A stretch of DNA of 64,000 nucleotides, from contig JANNKC010000234.1 in the NCBI GenBank assembly GCA_031396105.1, positions 2,423-66,422 on the forward strand. Direction: 5' to 3'. The stretch comes from Anaeromyxobacter sp. (GTDB taxonomy: Bacteria > Myxococcota > Myxococcia > Myxococcales > Anaeromyxobacteraceae). Within the stretch, counting starts at the first letter, position 1. Each line of letters begins with the position of its first letter. The position numbers were made by a program, and so were the translations under genes. A model generated the notes under the pieces. The model made no database searches and was not told the origin of the DNA. It was given only the letters and a program-made list of their open reading frames with translations. Shown here piece by piece: positions 34,172 through 42,841 of the stretch.

Positions 34172-35484
34172 GCGCCATGGCGCAGCCGCCGGTACGGCGC
34201 GAGCGGCTCGGCAACGGGCTCACCGCGGTGGTGGCGAGCCGCCCGGGCGTGCCGCTCGCGGCGGTGCGCCTGCTGGTCCGGGCCGGCTCCTCGCTCGACC
34301 CGGCCGGCCGCTTCGGGCTGGCCCACCTGGTGGCCGCGGCGGTGCGGCGCGGGACCCGCACCCGCAGCGGCGCCCGCCTCGACGCCGAGGTGGAGGCGCT
34401 CGGCGCCGAGCTGGGGGCCGGCGTGGACGAGGACGCCGCCTCGGTGGGGCTCTCGGCGCCGCTCGAGGCGCTGCCCCGCCTGCTCGCCGTGCTGGCCGAC
34501 GTGGCGATGTGCCCGGCCTTCCCGGCGCGCGAGGTGGAGCAGCTGCGGCGGCGCGAGGTGGCGGCGCTGGCGCACGACCTCGACGAGCCGGGGGTGGTGG
34601 CCGACCGGGCCGCGCTCATGGCGGCCTATGGCGCCCACCCGTACGGCCACCCCTCGGAGGGCCGGGGCCGCCACCTCGCGGGTGTGCGGCGCGGCGACCT
34701 GGCCGCCTTCCACGCGCGCCACTGGCGCCCTTCCCGCGCCACGCTGGTGGTGGTCGGCCCGGTGGACGCCGAGGCCACGCTGGCGCTGGTGCGCCGCCGC
34801 TTCGGCGGGTGGCGCGGCGACCCGGGCGCCGCGATCGAGATCGCCCCCCCGGCGCCGCCGAGCCCCGGCGTGGTGGTGGTGGACCGCCCCGATCTCACCC
34901 AGGCCCAGCTGCGCATCGCCGCGCCCGGCTTCGCCCGCGGCAGCGCCGACCACGCCACCGGCGTGGTCTCCGGTGCGGTGCTGGGCGGCGGCTTCACCTC
35001 TCGCCTCATGGAGGCCATCCGGGTGGAGCGCGGCCTCTCCTACGGCGTGCGGGCCCGCTTCGCCTCGGGGCGAGCCGGCGGACTCTTCTTCGTCTCCTCC
35101 TTCACCAAGGTGGAGACGGCCGGGGCGCTGGCCCGGGTGGCGCTCGACGAGCTGGCCCGCTTCCGCGAGACCGGACCCACCGAGGAGGAGCTCGGCCGCG
35201 TGCGCGGCTACCTGGGCGGGCTCTACCCGCTCTCGCTGGAGACGCACGAGGCCTGGGCCGAGAAGCTGGCCGAGGTGGAGCTCTACGGCCTGCCTCCCGA
35301 CGAGGTGGCCGGCTTCGTCGACCGGATCGGCGCGGTGGACGCCGCCGCCTGCCTCGACCTGGCGCGCCGCTACCTGCCGGGCGACCGGCGCGTGGTGGTG
35401 GCGGTGGGGCCGGCGGCCCGCCTCGAGCCGCAGCTGGCCGCCTTCGGCCCGGTGCGGGTGCTGGCGGCGCGGGCGGTGATGTGA
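34168..35484 (+). CDS. M16-family peptidase-like protein (non-catalytic partner, HxxEH lost)
   Basis: 438 aa. The ATG overlaps the upstream stop (ATGA). The equivalent motif reads GLAHLVAAAV. Confidence 0.88.
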   Translation: MSAMAQPPVRRERLGNGLTAVVASRPGVPLAAVRLLVRAGSSLDPAGRFGLAHLVAAAVRRGTRTRSGARLDAEVEALGAELGAGVDEDAASVGLSAPLEALPRLLAVLADVAMCPAFPAREVEQLRRREVAALAHDLDEPGVVADRAALMAAYGAHPYGHPSEGRGRHLAGVRRGDLAAFHARHWRPSRATLVVVGPVDAEATLALVRRRFGGWRGDPGAAIEIAPPAPPSPGVVVVDRPDLTQAQLRIAAPGFARGSADHATGVVSGAVLGGGFTSRLMEAIRVERGLSYGVRARFASGRAGGLFFVSSFTKVETAGALARVALDELARFRETGPTEEELGRVRGYLGGLYPLSLETHEAWAEKLAEVELYGLPPDEVAGFVDRIGAVDAAACLDLARRYLPGDRRVVVAVGPAARLEPQLAAFGPVRVLAARAVM

Positions 35485-36179
35485 GCGGGGGGCCGCTCCC
35501 CGTGCTCCACGAGGACGCGGCGCTCCTCGTGGTGGACAAGCCGGCCGGTCGGCTCGTCATCCCGGGGCGGGCCGGCGGCGAGCCCAGCCTGCGCGCCGAG
35601 CTGGAGGCGGCTCACGGGCCGCTCTGGGTGGTCCACCGGCTCGACCGCGGCACCAGCGGCGTGCTGGTCTTCGCCCGCAGCGCCGCGGCCCACCGGGCGC
35701 TCAACCTCCAGTTCGAGCGGGGCGAGCCCCGCAAGGCCTACCTGGCGCTGGTGGCCGGGCTGCCGCCGGCCGAGCTCCTGGTGGAGGAGGCCCTGGTGCC
35801 GGCGCGCCGCGGTCGCATGCGCCCGGCCCGTCCGGGTGAGCCGGGGGCGAAGCCGGCCAGCACGGCGTTCCGGCTCATCGAGCCCTTTCCGGCCAGGGCC
35901 GGGCGGCCCACCATGGCGCTGGTGGAGGCGCGGCCCACCACGGGGCGGACGCACCAGATCCGGGTCCACCTGCGCTCGGCCGGCCACCCGCTGGCGTTCG
36001 ACCCGGAGTACGGCGAGGAGGTCCCCCTGCGGGACGCGGACGGAGCGGTGGTGCTGGCCCGCACGCCGCTCCACGCGGCCCGGCTCGAGCTGGCGCACCC
36101 GGACGGCGGATGGACGCTCAGCCTGGCGGCGCCTCTGCCGGCGGACCTGGCGGCGGCGCTGGCGCTGCTGCGGGGCTGA
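35481..36179 (+). CDS. RluA-family pseudouridine synthase
   Basis: 232 aa. The GTG overlaps the upstream stop (GTGA). Motifs: VVDKPAGRLVIPG, HRLDRGTSGVLVFA, GRTHQIRVH. Confidence 0.88.
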   Translation: MSGGPLPVLHEDAALLVVDKPAGRLVIPGRAGGEPSLRAELEAAHGPLWVVHRLDRGTSGVLVFARSAAAHRALNLQFERGEPRKAYLALVAGLPPAELLVEEALVPARRGRMRPARPGEPGAKPASTAFRLIEPFPARAGRPTMALVEARPTTGRTHQIRVHLRSAGHPLAFDPEYGEEVPLRDADGAVVLARTPLHAARLELAHPDGGWTLSLAAPLPADLAAALALLRG

Positions 36180-36936
36180 GGCCGGGGAAGGGCGGCGCCC
36201 CCGCGGGCGGCGGCGCGGCCTCGCCCAGCTCCTGGCCCAGCACCTCGAGGAGCGGCGCGCCCGGGTAGGCGGAGCGGCCCAGCGCCAGCACCTGCTTCGC
36301 CTCCTCCTCCTTGCCGGAGCGCTTCAGCCAGCGCGCCTTCTCGCAGAGCTTGGCGCTGGCCACGTCCCGGTCCGCCGTGGCCAGGCGATCGGCCAGCACC
36401 CAGGCGGTGACCGGCGCGCCGGCGTTCACCTCGGCGAAGGGCGGCTTCTGGCGCACCACCAGGAGGAGGGCGCCAGGGGCGAGCCGGCGGCCGGGGCTCA
36501 TGGCCAGGAGGTCCGGCCGGTCGAACACCTCGGCCTGCGTGAGCACCGTGGCCACGGTGGCCCCTTCCAGCTCCAGCAGGGCGGCGCGGCGCACCCAGCC
36601 CGGCTCGTCGCCGCTGGTGCGCACGCGGGCCCACTCGCCGCGCCCCTCCAGCAGCGTGACCGGCTCGCCGCGCATGAGGACCGCCAGCACGTTCTGGACC
36701 TGCTTGCCGCCGGGCCCCGCCACCCTGGGCGCGTCGGCGGGCTCGCGGCGCAGCGTGGTGGCCGAGATGACCCAGGCGCGGCCGTCGGTGGCCACCGGGA
36801 TGGGTGGGGGCGCCGCCTCCGGGCCGGTGGGGGCGGCGGCGGCGGCCGGCGCGGGCGGTCCCTGGGGCGAGGGCCTTCCGCAGGCCAGCAGGGCGAACGG
36901 CGCGAGCAGGGCGAGGCGGCGCAGGGGAGGGCTCAG
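36118..36936 (-). CDS. Hypothetical lipoprotein (start codon non-canonical or unresolved)
   Basis: Lipobox signal peptide: LSPPLRRLALLAPFALLAC. There is no ATG/GTG/TTG between the in-frame region overlapping the upstream gene and the signal peptide. The only candidate start is the CTG at 36936, which overlaps the upstream TGA. The mature part has non-shadow composition (e.g. VISATTLRREPADA..., KLCEKARWLKRSGKEEEAKQVL). Confidence 0.55.
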   Translation of the reverse strand: MSPPLRRLALLAPFALLACGRPSPQGPPAPAAAAAPTGPEAAPPPIPVATDGRAWVISATTLRREPADAPRVAGPGGKQVQNVLAVLMRGEPVTLLEGRGEWARVRTSGDEPGWVRRAALLELEGATVATVLTQAEVFDRPDLLAMSPGRRLAPGALLLVVRQKPPFAEVNAGAPVTAWVLADRLATADRDVASAKLCEKARWLKRSGKEEEAKQVLALGRSAYPGAPLLEVLGQELGEAAPPPAGAPPFPGLSPAAAPAPPPGPPAEAPPG

Positions 36937-37358
36937 GCGCGGCCGTGGACCAGCACCTTCACGTCGCTGCGGAAGGTGACCTCCACCTTGTCCGTGCGCA
37001 CCACCGTGACGAAGCCGCGGCCGAAGGTGGGGTGGTCCAGCACGTCGTCCACGGAGAAGGTGCGCTTCACGGAGTAGGGCACGGCCGCCTTCCTGCGCTC
37101 GGCCAGCAGCGCCTCGAAGGAGATCTCCACCTTCTTCTCGCGGGCCGGCCGGGCGGCCTTGCGGGCCGCCACCGAGGCGGTCGGGCCGGCGGCGCCCGGC
37201 AAGGCGCGGTAGCGGTGCTCGCCCTGGCAGGTGTTGCACTTCACCTTGACCGGCTTCGGGCCCACCATGGCGATGACGGTATGGGCCAGCACCAGCTCGC
37301 ACTTGCTGCAGAACGAATCCACCTCGCCGCCGACCTTGCTCATAGGGCGGCGCAGCAT
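36933..37358 (-). CDS. Zinc-ribbon protein of unknown function
   Basis: 141 aa (alternative ATG at 37343). Contains CSKCELV...CNTCQGEH followed by a basic linker and a beta-rich C-terminus (FSVDDVLDHPTFGRGFVTVVRTDKVEVTF). Confidence 0.65.
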   Translation of the reverse strand: MLRRPMSKVGGEVDSFCSKCELVLAHTVIAMVGPKPVKVKCNTCQGEHRYRALPGAAGPTASVAARKAARPAREKKVEISFEALLAERRKAAVPYSVKRTFSVDDVLDHPTFGRGFVTVVRTDKVEVTFRSDVKVLVHGRA

Positions 37359-37423
37359 ACAGGAAACCCGCCCTCCCGGGGCGCGGGCGGCGCGGCCGGA
37401 ACCGTGACATATTGCGAGCCCAT

Positions 37424-38176
37424 ATGCGCCGGCTCACCGCTGCCCTGGAGGACTTCGGGCAGATGATCTTCTTCGCACTGGAGGCCCTGGCCTGGGCCTT
37501 CCGGCCGCCCTACCGGCCGGAGCTGATCCTGGCGCAGATGGCCTTCATCGGCGTGGGCTCGATCTTCATCGTGGGGGTGACGGGCACCTTCAGCGGCATG
37601 GTGCTGGCGCTGCAGGGCAACTACGCCATGAAGCAGTTCGCCGCCGAGGGCTACGTGGGCGGCTCGGTGGCCCTGGCCCTGGCGCGCGAGCTGGCGCCGG
37701 TGCTCACCGCGCTCATGGTGACGGGCCGGGCCGGCAGCGCCATCGCCACCGAGCTGGGCACCATGCGCGTCACCGAGCAGATCGACGCCATGGACTCCAT
37801 GGCGGTGAACCCCATCCAGTACCTGGTGGTGCCGCGGGTCATCGCGGCGATCCTCATGTTCCCGGCGCTCACCATGCTCTTCAACGTGCTCGGCTACGCC
37901 GGCGCCTACGTCATGGGCATCTACGTGGCCGGCATCCCCGAGGGCCCGTTCATCGAGCACACCCGCGGCTTCCTGGTGCCCGACGACATCATCCACGGCA
38001 TGCTGAAGGCCCTGCTCTTCGGCGCGGTGGTCGCCATCATCACCACCTGGCGCGGCTACGCGGCCACCGGCGGCGCGCGCGGCGTGGGGGAGGGGACCAC
38101 CCGGGCGGTGGTGTCGAGCTCCATCGGCATCCTCATCGTCGACTACGCCATCACCCTCTTCTCGGTGGGGCGGTGA
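37424..38176 (+). CDS. mlaE: Mla/Ttg2-type ABC transporter permease
   Basis: 250 aa from the ATG at 37424 (the track uses a TTG at 37412). Contains RELAPVLTALMVTGRAGSAIATELGTMRVTEQIDAM, the MlaE signature region. Confidence 0.92.
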   Translation: MRRLTAALEDFGQMIFFALEALAWAFRPPYRPELILAQMAFIGVGSIFIVGVTGTFSGMVLALQGNYAMKQFAAEGYVGGSVALALARELAPVLTALMVTGRAGSAIATELGTMRVTEQIDAMDSMAVNPIQYLVVPRVIAAILMFPALTMLFNVLGYAGAYVMGIYVAGIPEGPFIEHTRGFLVPDDIIHGMLKALLFGAVVAIITTWRGYAATGGARGVGEGTTRAVVSSSIGILIVDYAITLFSVGR

Positions 38177-38180
38177 GCGC

Positions 38181-38921
38181 GTGATCGAGGTGGTCGACCT
38201 CTGGAAGTCCTTCAAGGACAACGCCGTCCTCAAGGGGATCACGCTCACCATCCCCGCGGGGCAGACCTACGTGGTGCTGGGCGGGTCGGGTTCGGGCAAG
38301 ACCGTGCTCATGAAGCACGTCATCGGCCTGCTCAAGCCGGATCGCGGCACCGTCAAGGTCAACGGCCTGGAGATCTCCAGCCTCTCGGGCAGGGCGCTCA
38401 CCGAGGCGCGGCGGGTCTTCGGCATGGTCTTCCAGGGGGCGGCCCTCTTCGACTCCATGACGGTCTTCGAGAACGTGGCCTTCCCGCTGCGCGAGAAGCA
38501 CCGCGACGTCTCGCTCTCCGAGGTGCGGGCCCGCTGCCTGGAGAAGCTCAGGGTGGTGGACCTGGGCGAGGAGGTGCTGGAGCGCTTCCCCTCCGAGCTC
38601 TCCGGCGGCATGCGCAAGCGGGTGGCGCTGGCGCGGGCGCTGGTCTCCGACCCGCAGGTGGTGCTCTACGACGAGCCGACCACCGGCCTGGATCCCATCA
38701 CCACCGACTACGTGGACGGCATGATCCTGGCCGCCAAGCACAAGCTCGGGGTGACGTCCATGGTCATCAGCCACGACATCGCCTCCGCCTTCCGGGTGGC
38801 CGACCGGCTGGCCGTGCTCTACGATGGCCACCTGGCGGCAGAAGGCACCCCCGCCGAGGTGAAGGCCAGCAAGGACCCCTTCGTGCAGAAGTTCCTCTCC
38901 ACCTGGTTCGAGAAGCAGTGA
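38181..38921 (+). CDS. mlaF: Mla-type ABC transporter ATP-binding protein
   Basis: 246 aa. Walker A GGSGSGKT, signature LSGGMRKR, Walker B VVLYDEPT. Confidence 0.93.
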   Translation: MIEVVDLWKSFKDNAVLKGITLTIPAGQTYVVLGGSGSGKTVLMKHVIGLLKPDRGTVKVNGLEISSLSGRALTEARRVFGMVFQGAALFDSMTVFENVAFPLREKHRDVSLSEVRARCLEKLRVVDLGEEVLERFPSELSGGMRKRVALARALVSDPQVVLYDEPTTGLDPITTDYVDGMILAAKHKLGVTSMVISHDIASAFRVADRLAVLYDGHLAAEGTPAEVKASKDPFVQKFLSTWFEKQ

Positions 38922-40579
38922 CCGCCCCGACCGTGAACAAGCTCCTCGCCAACAAGGCCCTGGCCGTCGGCGCCCTCGCGGCGGTGGCCGTGGCCGCCTT
39001 CCTGGGTGCCTTCACCTTCTTCAAGAAGGGGGGCTACGCCGACGACGAGAGCTACCTGGCGCACGCCTACTTCGCCGACGCCACCGGCCTCACCTGGAAG
39101 AGCCGCGTCCAGATCGCCGGCATCCAGGTGGGCGAGGTGTCGAAGATCACGCTGGAGGGGCAGCGCGCCCGGCTCGAGCTGCGCATCAAGAACGAGGTGG
39201 ACCTGCGGACCGACGCCTGCCTCACCAAGTCCTTCCCCTCCGCGCTCCTGCCCGACGCGCTGCTGGAGGTGGCGCCCGGCACGCCGGCGCAGCCCAGCCT
39301 CTCCAGCCTGCCGCCGGAGAGGCGCGAGGTGACCTGCGTTCGCGAGGCCACCAGCGTGGCCAAGCTCATCGACGCCATGGCCAAGATCGCCGCCGACGTC
39401 CAGCTGCTCACCGCCGACCTGGCCAAGACGGTGGGCGGCAGCCAGGGCTCGATGCGCGAGATCATCGAGAACCTGGCCAAGCTGACGCGCCGGCTCGACG
39501 CCACCGTGGCGGCCAACGAGGGACGCCTCTCCCACATCCTCTCCAACGTGGAGGTCATCTCGGGCGATCTCCGCGAGCTGACCCAGGGCGAGAAGGACCG
39601 GATCCGCTCCATCGCCCGCAACGTGGAGGAGCTGACCGCCCAGCTCAAGGGCGTGGCCTCCACCGTGCAGGCCGTGCTGGACGGCGGGTCGCCGGCGGGC
39701 GGGGCCGGCGCGGGGGCGGGCGGCACGGACGCGGCGGCCCAGGCCCAGGCCCAGGCCCAGGGCGTCAAGCAGGCGGTCGAGAAGGTGAACGCCAACCTGG
39801 TCCGGCTCGACGAGCTCCTCGTCAAGCTGCAGGAGGGGAAGAGCGTCGGCAGCCGGCTGCTGGTGGACGAGAAGATGGGGCGCCAGCTCGCCAACGCGGT
39901 GCAGGCCGCCTCCAACTACGTGGAGAAGCTGGACCGGCTGCAGATCGAGGTGCAGCTCCGCTCGGAGTGGCTGCTCAACCAGACCGGCGCCAAGACCTAC
40001 TTCGGCGCCCGGCTGCTGCCCCGCCCGGACAAGTACTACCACTTCGAGGTGGTCTCGGACCCGCGCGGCGTGGACACGGTCACCACCGAGACCATCACCA
40101 CCGAGGTCCCGGACCCCCTGGACCCGACCAGGCTCGTCGAGCAGACCACGCAGTCCACCAAGACCATCCACGAGGAGAAGCTCACCTTCACGCTGCAGAT
40201 GGCCAAGCGTTACGGCCCCATGGCCTTCCGCATCGGCGTCATCGAGAGCTCCGGCGGCGTCGGCACCGACCTGTACCTCTTCGACGACGCGCTGCAGCTC
40301 TCGGTCTCGGTCTACCAGTTCTCGCGCCCGTACCAGAACGTCTTCCCGCGCGCCAAGGTCTGGATCAACTACCAGTTCCTGCAGCACTTCTACTTCACCG
40401 CCGGCGCCGACGACTTCCTCAACGTCTGGCAGCAGGGGCGCTACCCGGGCGGCCCCAAGTTCACCCTGGGCAACGACGTCTTCTTCGGCGGCGGCCTCTA
40501 CTTCACCGACGACGACCTGAAGACGCTGCTCGGCGTGGGCGGGGCCAGCGCCATCACCAGCGTCGGGTCCAACAGGTAG
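38918..40579 (+). CDS. mlaD: MCE/MlaD-domain protein with long coiled region and beta-rich C-terminal domain
   Basis: 553 aa. The GTG overlaps the mlaF stop (GTGA). N-terminal TM helix, MCE domain (GLTWKSRVQIAGIQVGEVSKITLEG), then about 400 extra residues. Confidence 0.85.
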   Translation: MTAPTVNKLLANKALAVGALAAVAVAAFLGAFTFFKKGGYADDESYLAHAYFADATGLTWKSRVQIAGIQVGEVSKITLEGQRARLELRIKNEVDLRTDACLTKSFPSALLPDALLEVAPGTPAQPSLSSLPPERREVTCVREATSVAKLIDAMAKIAADVQLLTADLAKTVGGSQGSMREIIENLAKLTRRLDATVAANEGRLSHILSNVEVISGDLRELTQGEKDRIRSIARNVEELTAQLKGVASTVQAVLDGGSPAGGAGAGAGGTDAAAQAQAQAQGVKQAVEKVNANLVRLDELLVKLQEGKSVGSRLLVDEKMGRQLANAVQAASNYVEKLDRLQIEVQLRSEWLLNQTGAKTYFGARLLPRPDKYYHFEVVSDPRGVDTVTTETITTEVPDPLDPTRLVEQTTQSTKTIHEEKLTFTLQMAKRYGPMAFRIGVIESSGGVGTDLYLFDDALQLSVSVYQFSRPYQNVFPRAKVWINYQFLQHFYFTAGADDFLNVWQQGRYPGGPKFTLGNDVFFGGGLYFTDDDLKTLLGVGGASAITSVGSNR

Positions 40580-40581
40580 CC

Positions 40582-41097
40582 ATGACGTCGTGGACCAAGC
40601 TCGCGCTGCTGGTGCTGCTCGCCGTGGTGGCGGGCCAGGTGCTGGTGCGCGGCGGCCAGCCCTCGCTGGCGGCAGGCACCCAGGCGCCGCCGCTCTCGCT
40701 GCCCGCGCTCGGCGGCGGGGTGGTGGACCTGGCCGGGCTGCGCGGCAAGGTGGTGGCGGTGAACTTCTGGGCCACCTGGTGCGCCCCCTGCCTCCGGGAG
40801 CTCCCCGAGCTGGCCGCCACCTGGGCCGCCAACAGGGACCGCTGCTTCGAGCTGCTCGGCGTGGTGGAGGAGTCGGCCCGCGACGACGTGGAGGCCGCGG
40901 CCCGGCGCATCCCGTACCCCATCCTGGTGGACAGCCGGGCCGAAGCGGCCTCCGCCTGGAAGGTGGCCGGCTACCCCCGCACCTACCTGGTCGATCCCGA
41001 GGGCCGGGTGCGCCGGGTCTTCGAGGGGGCCATCGACCGAGCCGAGCTGGAGGGCGCGGTGGCGCAGCTCCGTCCCGAGCGCTGTCCCGCGAGGTAG
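40582..41097 (+). CDS. TlpA/ResA-like periplasmic thiol:disulfide oxidoreductase
   Basis: 171 aa with a signal anchor. Thioredoxin motif: FWATWCAPC. Confidence 0.85.
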   Translation: MTSWTKLALLVLLAVVAGQVLVRGGQPSLAAGTQAPPLSLPALGGGVVDLAGLRGKVVAVNFWATWCAPCLRELPELAATWAANRDRCFELLGVVEESARDDVEAAARRIPYPILVDSRAEAASAWKVAGYPRTYLVDPEGRVRRVFEGAIDRAELEGAVAQLRPERCPAR

Positions 41098-41100
41098 GCC

Positions 41101-42075
41101 GTGGCGCACCCCTGCCCCGTCGGCAAGATGGACGTGAAGCCGCTGCTCTACCTGGTCCGGGCGTTGCCTGGCTTCGAGCCGGACCGGCTGGGCGCGCTCT
41201 TCCAGGTGCGCGGCGGCCAGCGCCACCCGCCGCCGCGGCCGAGGCTCCTCGAGGAGGCTCGTGACGCCGAGGTGCTGGTGGTGAGCTACATCGACCGGGT
41301 GGACGAGGCGCTCCTCGACGGGCTGCCGCGGCTGCGCCACCTCGCCTCCTACGGCGTGGGCGTCAACCACCTCGACCTCGCGGCCTGCCGGCGGCGGGGC
41401 CTGCTCGTCACCAACACCCCCGGCGTGGTCACCGAGGCCACCGCCGAGCACACCATGGCGCTCCTGCTCGCCGCCGCCCGCCGCGTCACCGAGGGGGACC
41501 GGACCATCCGGCGCGGCGGCTGGACCGCCGTCGAGCCCTCCTTCCTGCTCGGCACGGGGCTCACCGGCAAGCTCCTCGGCCTGGTCGGCTTCGGCCGCAT
41601 CGGGCAGGCGGTGGCCCGCCGCGCCGCCGCCTTCGGCCTCACCATCGCCTACGCCGCGCCGCGCGAGGTGGCCTTCCCGGGGGCGCGCCGCCTGCCGCTC
41701 GAGGCGCTCCTGGCCGAGGCCGACCTGGTCTCGCTGCACTGCCCGCTGACGCCCGCCACCGAGAACCTGCTCTCCCGGGAGCGGCTCGCCCTCATGAAGC
41801 CGGGCGCCATCCTGGTCAACACCGCCCGAGGCGCCGTGCTGGACGACGCCGCGCTCGTCGAGGCGCTGGCGACCGGGCGGCTCGCGGCGGCGGCGCTGGA
41901 CGTCTTCCGCGACGAGCCCGCGGTCCCCGCCGCCTACCTCGCGCTGGAGAACGTGGTCCTCACGCCGCACCTCGGCTCCGGCACGCGGGAGACCCGCGGC
42001 GCCATGGCGGCCATGGTCCTGGAGGAGATCGAGCGCGTGGCGCGCGGCGAGCCGGCCCGGCACCGGGTGCCCTGA
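41101..42075 (+). CDS. D-isomer-specific 2-hydroxyacid dehydrogenase (glyoxylate/hydroxypyruvate reductase-like)
   Basis: 324 aa (alternative ATG at 41128). NAD-binding motif GLVGFGRIGQAV; catalytic region NTARG...TPHLGS. Confidence 0.9.
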   Translation: MAHPCPVGKMDVKPLLYLVRALPGFEPDRLGALFQVRGGQRHPPPRPRLLEEARDAEVLVVSYIDRVDEALLDGLPRLRHLASYGVGVNHLDLAACRRRGLLVTNTPGVVTEATAEHTMALLLAAARRVTEGDRTIRRGGWTAVEPSFLLGTGLTGKLLGLVGFGRIGQAVARRAAAFGLTIAYAAPREVAFPGARRLPLEALLAEADLVSLHCPLTPATENLLSRERLALMKPGAILVNTARGAVLDDAALVEALATGRLAAAALDVFRDEPAVPAAYLALENVVLTPHLGSGTRETRGAMAAMVLEEIERVARGEPARHRVP

Positions 42076-42115
42076 GGCGCCCACCGCCCGGGTGTGGTAT
42101 GAGGCCGCGCCTCGC

Positions 42116-42841
42116 ATGGGCCTGGTCGATCTCCACTGCCACCTCCTCTGGGCGCTCGACGACGGCGTCGAGACGCCCGCCGAGGCGCTGGCCGGCGCGA
42201 GGCTCCTGGCGTCGCTCGGCTTCACCGACGCGGCCCCCAGCCCGCACGCCAGCCCCGACTGGCCCTCCGGCGACGAGGCCGCCTGCGAGGCCCGCCGGGC
42301 CGAGCTCCAGGCGCTGCTGGAGGCCGAGGGCGTGGCGCTCACCCTGCACCGCAACACCGAGAACAAGCTGGACGAGACCTTCCTGGCGCGCGCCGACGGC
42401 GCCGGGCGGCGCGGCGTGGGGGCCACCCAGCGCTGGGCGCTGGTGGAGCTGCCCTTCCGCGGCGGCGTGCCGGCCCTGCCCGACCTGGTCTTCCGGCTGC
42501 GTCGCAAGGGCGTCCTGCCGCTCTTCGCCCACCCGGAGCGCTGCGCCGAGTTCGAGAAGCCCGGCCGCGCCGAGGAGGTGGTCCGCCTCGGTGGCGCCCT
42601 GCAGCTCAACGTGGCCTCGCTCATCGGGCTCTACGGCAAGGCGCCCCGCAAGGTGGCCGAGCGGCTCCTCGACGAGGGGCTCTACGCCGTGGCCGCCACC
42701 GACCTCCACCACCCGGCCGGCGCCGAGGAGTGGATCCCCGAGGCGCTCGAGGTGCTGGAGGAGCGGGTGGGGCGGCAGGGGTTCGATCGGCTGCTGGTCG
42801 ACAACCCGCGCCGGGTGATCGGCGGCGAGGAGCTGCCGTGA
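42116..42841 (+). CDS. PHP-domain (CpsB/YwqE-type) protein-tyrosine phosphatase
   Basis: 241 aa from the ATG at 42116. Contains MGLVDLHCHLLWALDDG, AHPER and ATDLHH, the metal-binding His motifs. Confidence 0.8.
   Translation: MGLVDLHCHLLWALDDGVETPAEALAGARLLASLGFTDAAPSPHASPDWPSGDEAACEARRAELQALLEAEGVALTLHRNTENKLDETFLARADGAGRRGVGATQRWALVELPFRGGVPALPDLVFRLRRKGVLPLFAHPERCAEFEKPGRAEEVVRLGGALQLNVASLIGLYGKAPRKVAERLLDEGLYAVAATDLHHPAGAEEWIPEALEVLEERVGRQGFDRLLVDNPRRVIGGEELP

Noticed and set aside
34168-36179. Chain of overlap-coupled genes (M16 / M16-like / RluA) as a possible novel functional module.
   Set aside because: Active plus inactive M16 pairs are a common, well-described arrangement. ATGA/GTGA overlaps are the default gene junction throughout this window, so the coupling to a pseudouridine synthase is not by itself evidence of a functional link.
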